The translations under genes and the position numbers were made by a program. DNA of 64,000 nucleotides from Haplodiscus bocki (taxonomy: Eukaryota), in NCBI GenBank assembly GCA_965655095.1, contig OZ296651.1:57288001-57352000 (forward strand). Direction: 5' to 3'. Of this stretch, positions 61,961 to 64,000 are shown piece after piece. Positions within the stretch are counted from its first letter, which is position 1; every line of letters begins with the position of its first letter. Below the pieces are notes generated by a model. It did not search any database and was not told the DNA's origin. It saw nothing but the letters and a program-made list of their open reading frames with translations.

Positions 61961-64000
61961 CCCACCATATTTGAGCTGAGTTTTTGGTACAGGGAGTGAG
62001 GCCGACAGCAAACTGCACACAATTTAGGTAGTTCATGAGAGCGTCAGAGTGAGGCATAGAAACAAGTCAATTCACCAGCAATTGTCATACGACACGCTAT
62101 AGTCAGTCATCTGATGAAAAGGTGAAGTTCAATTGCAAGAAAGTGAGCAGCCAGCAGAGTCACCTTCAAGAGTTGCAAATGGCAGCTGATGAAATCAGCA
62201 GAAAAATTGTTAGAAGACCATTAAAATGTCGAATAATAGTGCCAAAAATAATCTTATGAAAAAAATTACATTGAAAATTTGAAAAAATATCGTGTGGGTG
62301 GAAAAGGAAAAAGGCCGTGCCTCAGCTATATAATCGTGAATGCTGCGTGCATTTCTGCTCGCTAACAAAATTGAGCCAACAAATTGTTCAATTCCAGCAT
62401 GATGACTGACTCCTAAGCAAAATTGGACTAATTAAAGCATTGGAAGGTTCTATAAACACATTGGTTGGTCCACTGAGCCTCCATTTCTTGGATACAATTT
62501 CCAGATCATCGATTTTACCCAAATGGTGGACGTAACATCAAGAGTAAGGACCTAACCAGTTGCTCCGACAACTAAAGTATCTCTACTCAGTTTTCCTCAC
62601 TTGTGGAATCCTCAACGGTATTGCGTTTACTGCAAACACAGATGTAGAACTTGGAACACTTAATCGGAATTCGTTCCTGTAACAATGATTTGTTACTTGA
62701 CAAGAGCACTTATCATACGGAAGCATACGAAATGATACAATTTTTTGATCCTAAGTTTTGCAGGGATCATTGATCGCTACGACATTCTGAAAAAATATTC
62801 AACGTAATTTTTGTAATCAAGCTCTTCTGGGAATTTCAGTTGCACATATTTAAGCAAGATCTTTTTCACGTTTTTGAGCAGACCGCTCTGATAAATGATC
62901 CGATAAAGATCCTTAACGCCCAATGGAGTCACTATATATACTGCCTGAGAAAGTTCCGAAAGATTTTATGAGTGCTTTTCCAAAAGATTTCGGAAGTAAG
63001 GGGTTATCAAGAAAAAAGTTTAGAACCGAACGAACAAAAAAATTGTTTTTGGACATATAGACGTTCTTTCTGCCTTTAGCACCTGTAAACCGAGAACTAA
63101 AACCAATGGGTGCCTGAAATTTTTGGTACCAGAGTAGCGTAGCTTGAGCAGTTGGTCATCTCAGAGTGAGAAGAGAACAAAAACCAATGCTACAATCGTG
63201 TACTGCAGGTGAAAGCGCCAGCTAACAGAATAATTGTTTGAGACAACAAGTTTGGCCCATCTAGAAACGAAAGTGGAAGTAGTTCAGATATCAGCTCAAT
63301 CCACCATGTTCAACCATTTCAACAACAACGTTACTGACGTGGATTTACAGTTAAAATTCCAAATCATGGTCAGCTAGATATGTAGAGCTATACAAGCAAT
63401 CTTCATAACATTCACTTCAAGAAAATACTAACTCTGAAATTTGTCGAGGAGTTAAATTTGTCTTCTATCTCTATAGGTCTGAGAAGAAACTTCATTTCAT
63501 AATTGGTGTTTTCGTCAAAAAATTTATTCGAAAGGACATTTTCAATTCAGTCGTTGGAGCTTTTTTCCTTTTCCGGAAACTGCTCTTACTTAAGACTTCG
63601 TGTGTTACAGAGTAGAGTCCTAGGTGACTTGTGTGATAGATATATGAGGCATCACCTCTAGGTAGCGGAATGGAATGTTCTTTCGGCCGAATCCTATTAA
63701 CATGTTTTCACAAATTCGTGAACATAATCTTGTTTTTTAAAATCAAAAATATTTTTTGCCAAAATCTTGTTTTCTTGTGATAACGGGGATCTTTTTTTCT
63801 CGAAAACTTATCGCTTTGCGACAAAACTCAAACAAGTTTTGTTTCAAAATACATAAATTGAATTTGGGAACGTTCGATTTTTTGGGGAAGCCCAAAAAAT
63901 TTCAGGAATCTTTTGGAAAATTTTTTTTAGTAAATTACCAATTATTTTCAGCTTTTGGTACCAGTTTTCTTCGTTTCCCTAAAAACTCCAGGGTATAAAA

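Noticed and set aside
62540-62570. Minus-strand WLGPY resembling an integrase GPY/F motif
   Set aside because: Flanked by stops, has no supporting context, and is on the opposite strand to the integrase relic.

Overview
AT-rich, intron-rich eukaryotic (metazoan-type) genomic DNA. (1) 1-15569 is a head-to-tail array of a ~2.46-kb non-autonomous LTR element: six complete units plus a partial one, with seven shared 435-438-bp TG...CA LTRs. Each unit reads LTR, tRNA-Leu-type PBS, a 5'-truncated and disabled env-like glycoprotein gene, U-tract/PPT, LTR, with no gag or pol. The right end abuts a BEL/Pao pol fragment. (2) ~16860-19260 (minus strand) is a decayed Maverick/Polinton-type virion module in the order penton, core, major capsid, protease. 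(3) 19743-53968 (+) holds ten phase-consistent exons of a class C-I TRIM (MID1/MID2/TRIM9-family) gene: RING end, two B-boxes, coiled coil, COS, three FN3 domains and SPRY. Its 5' exon(s) were not found. (4) 56383-57894 is an intronless ALG12. The introns and the 3' end carry diverged repeats and a Gypsy-type integrase relic. Family assignments come from reading motifs by eye; no database searches were run.
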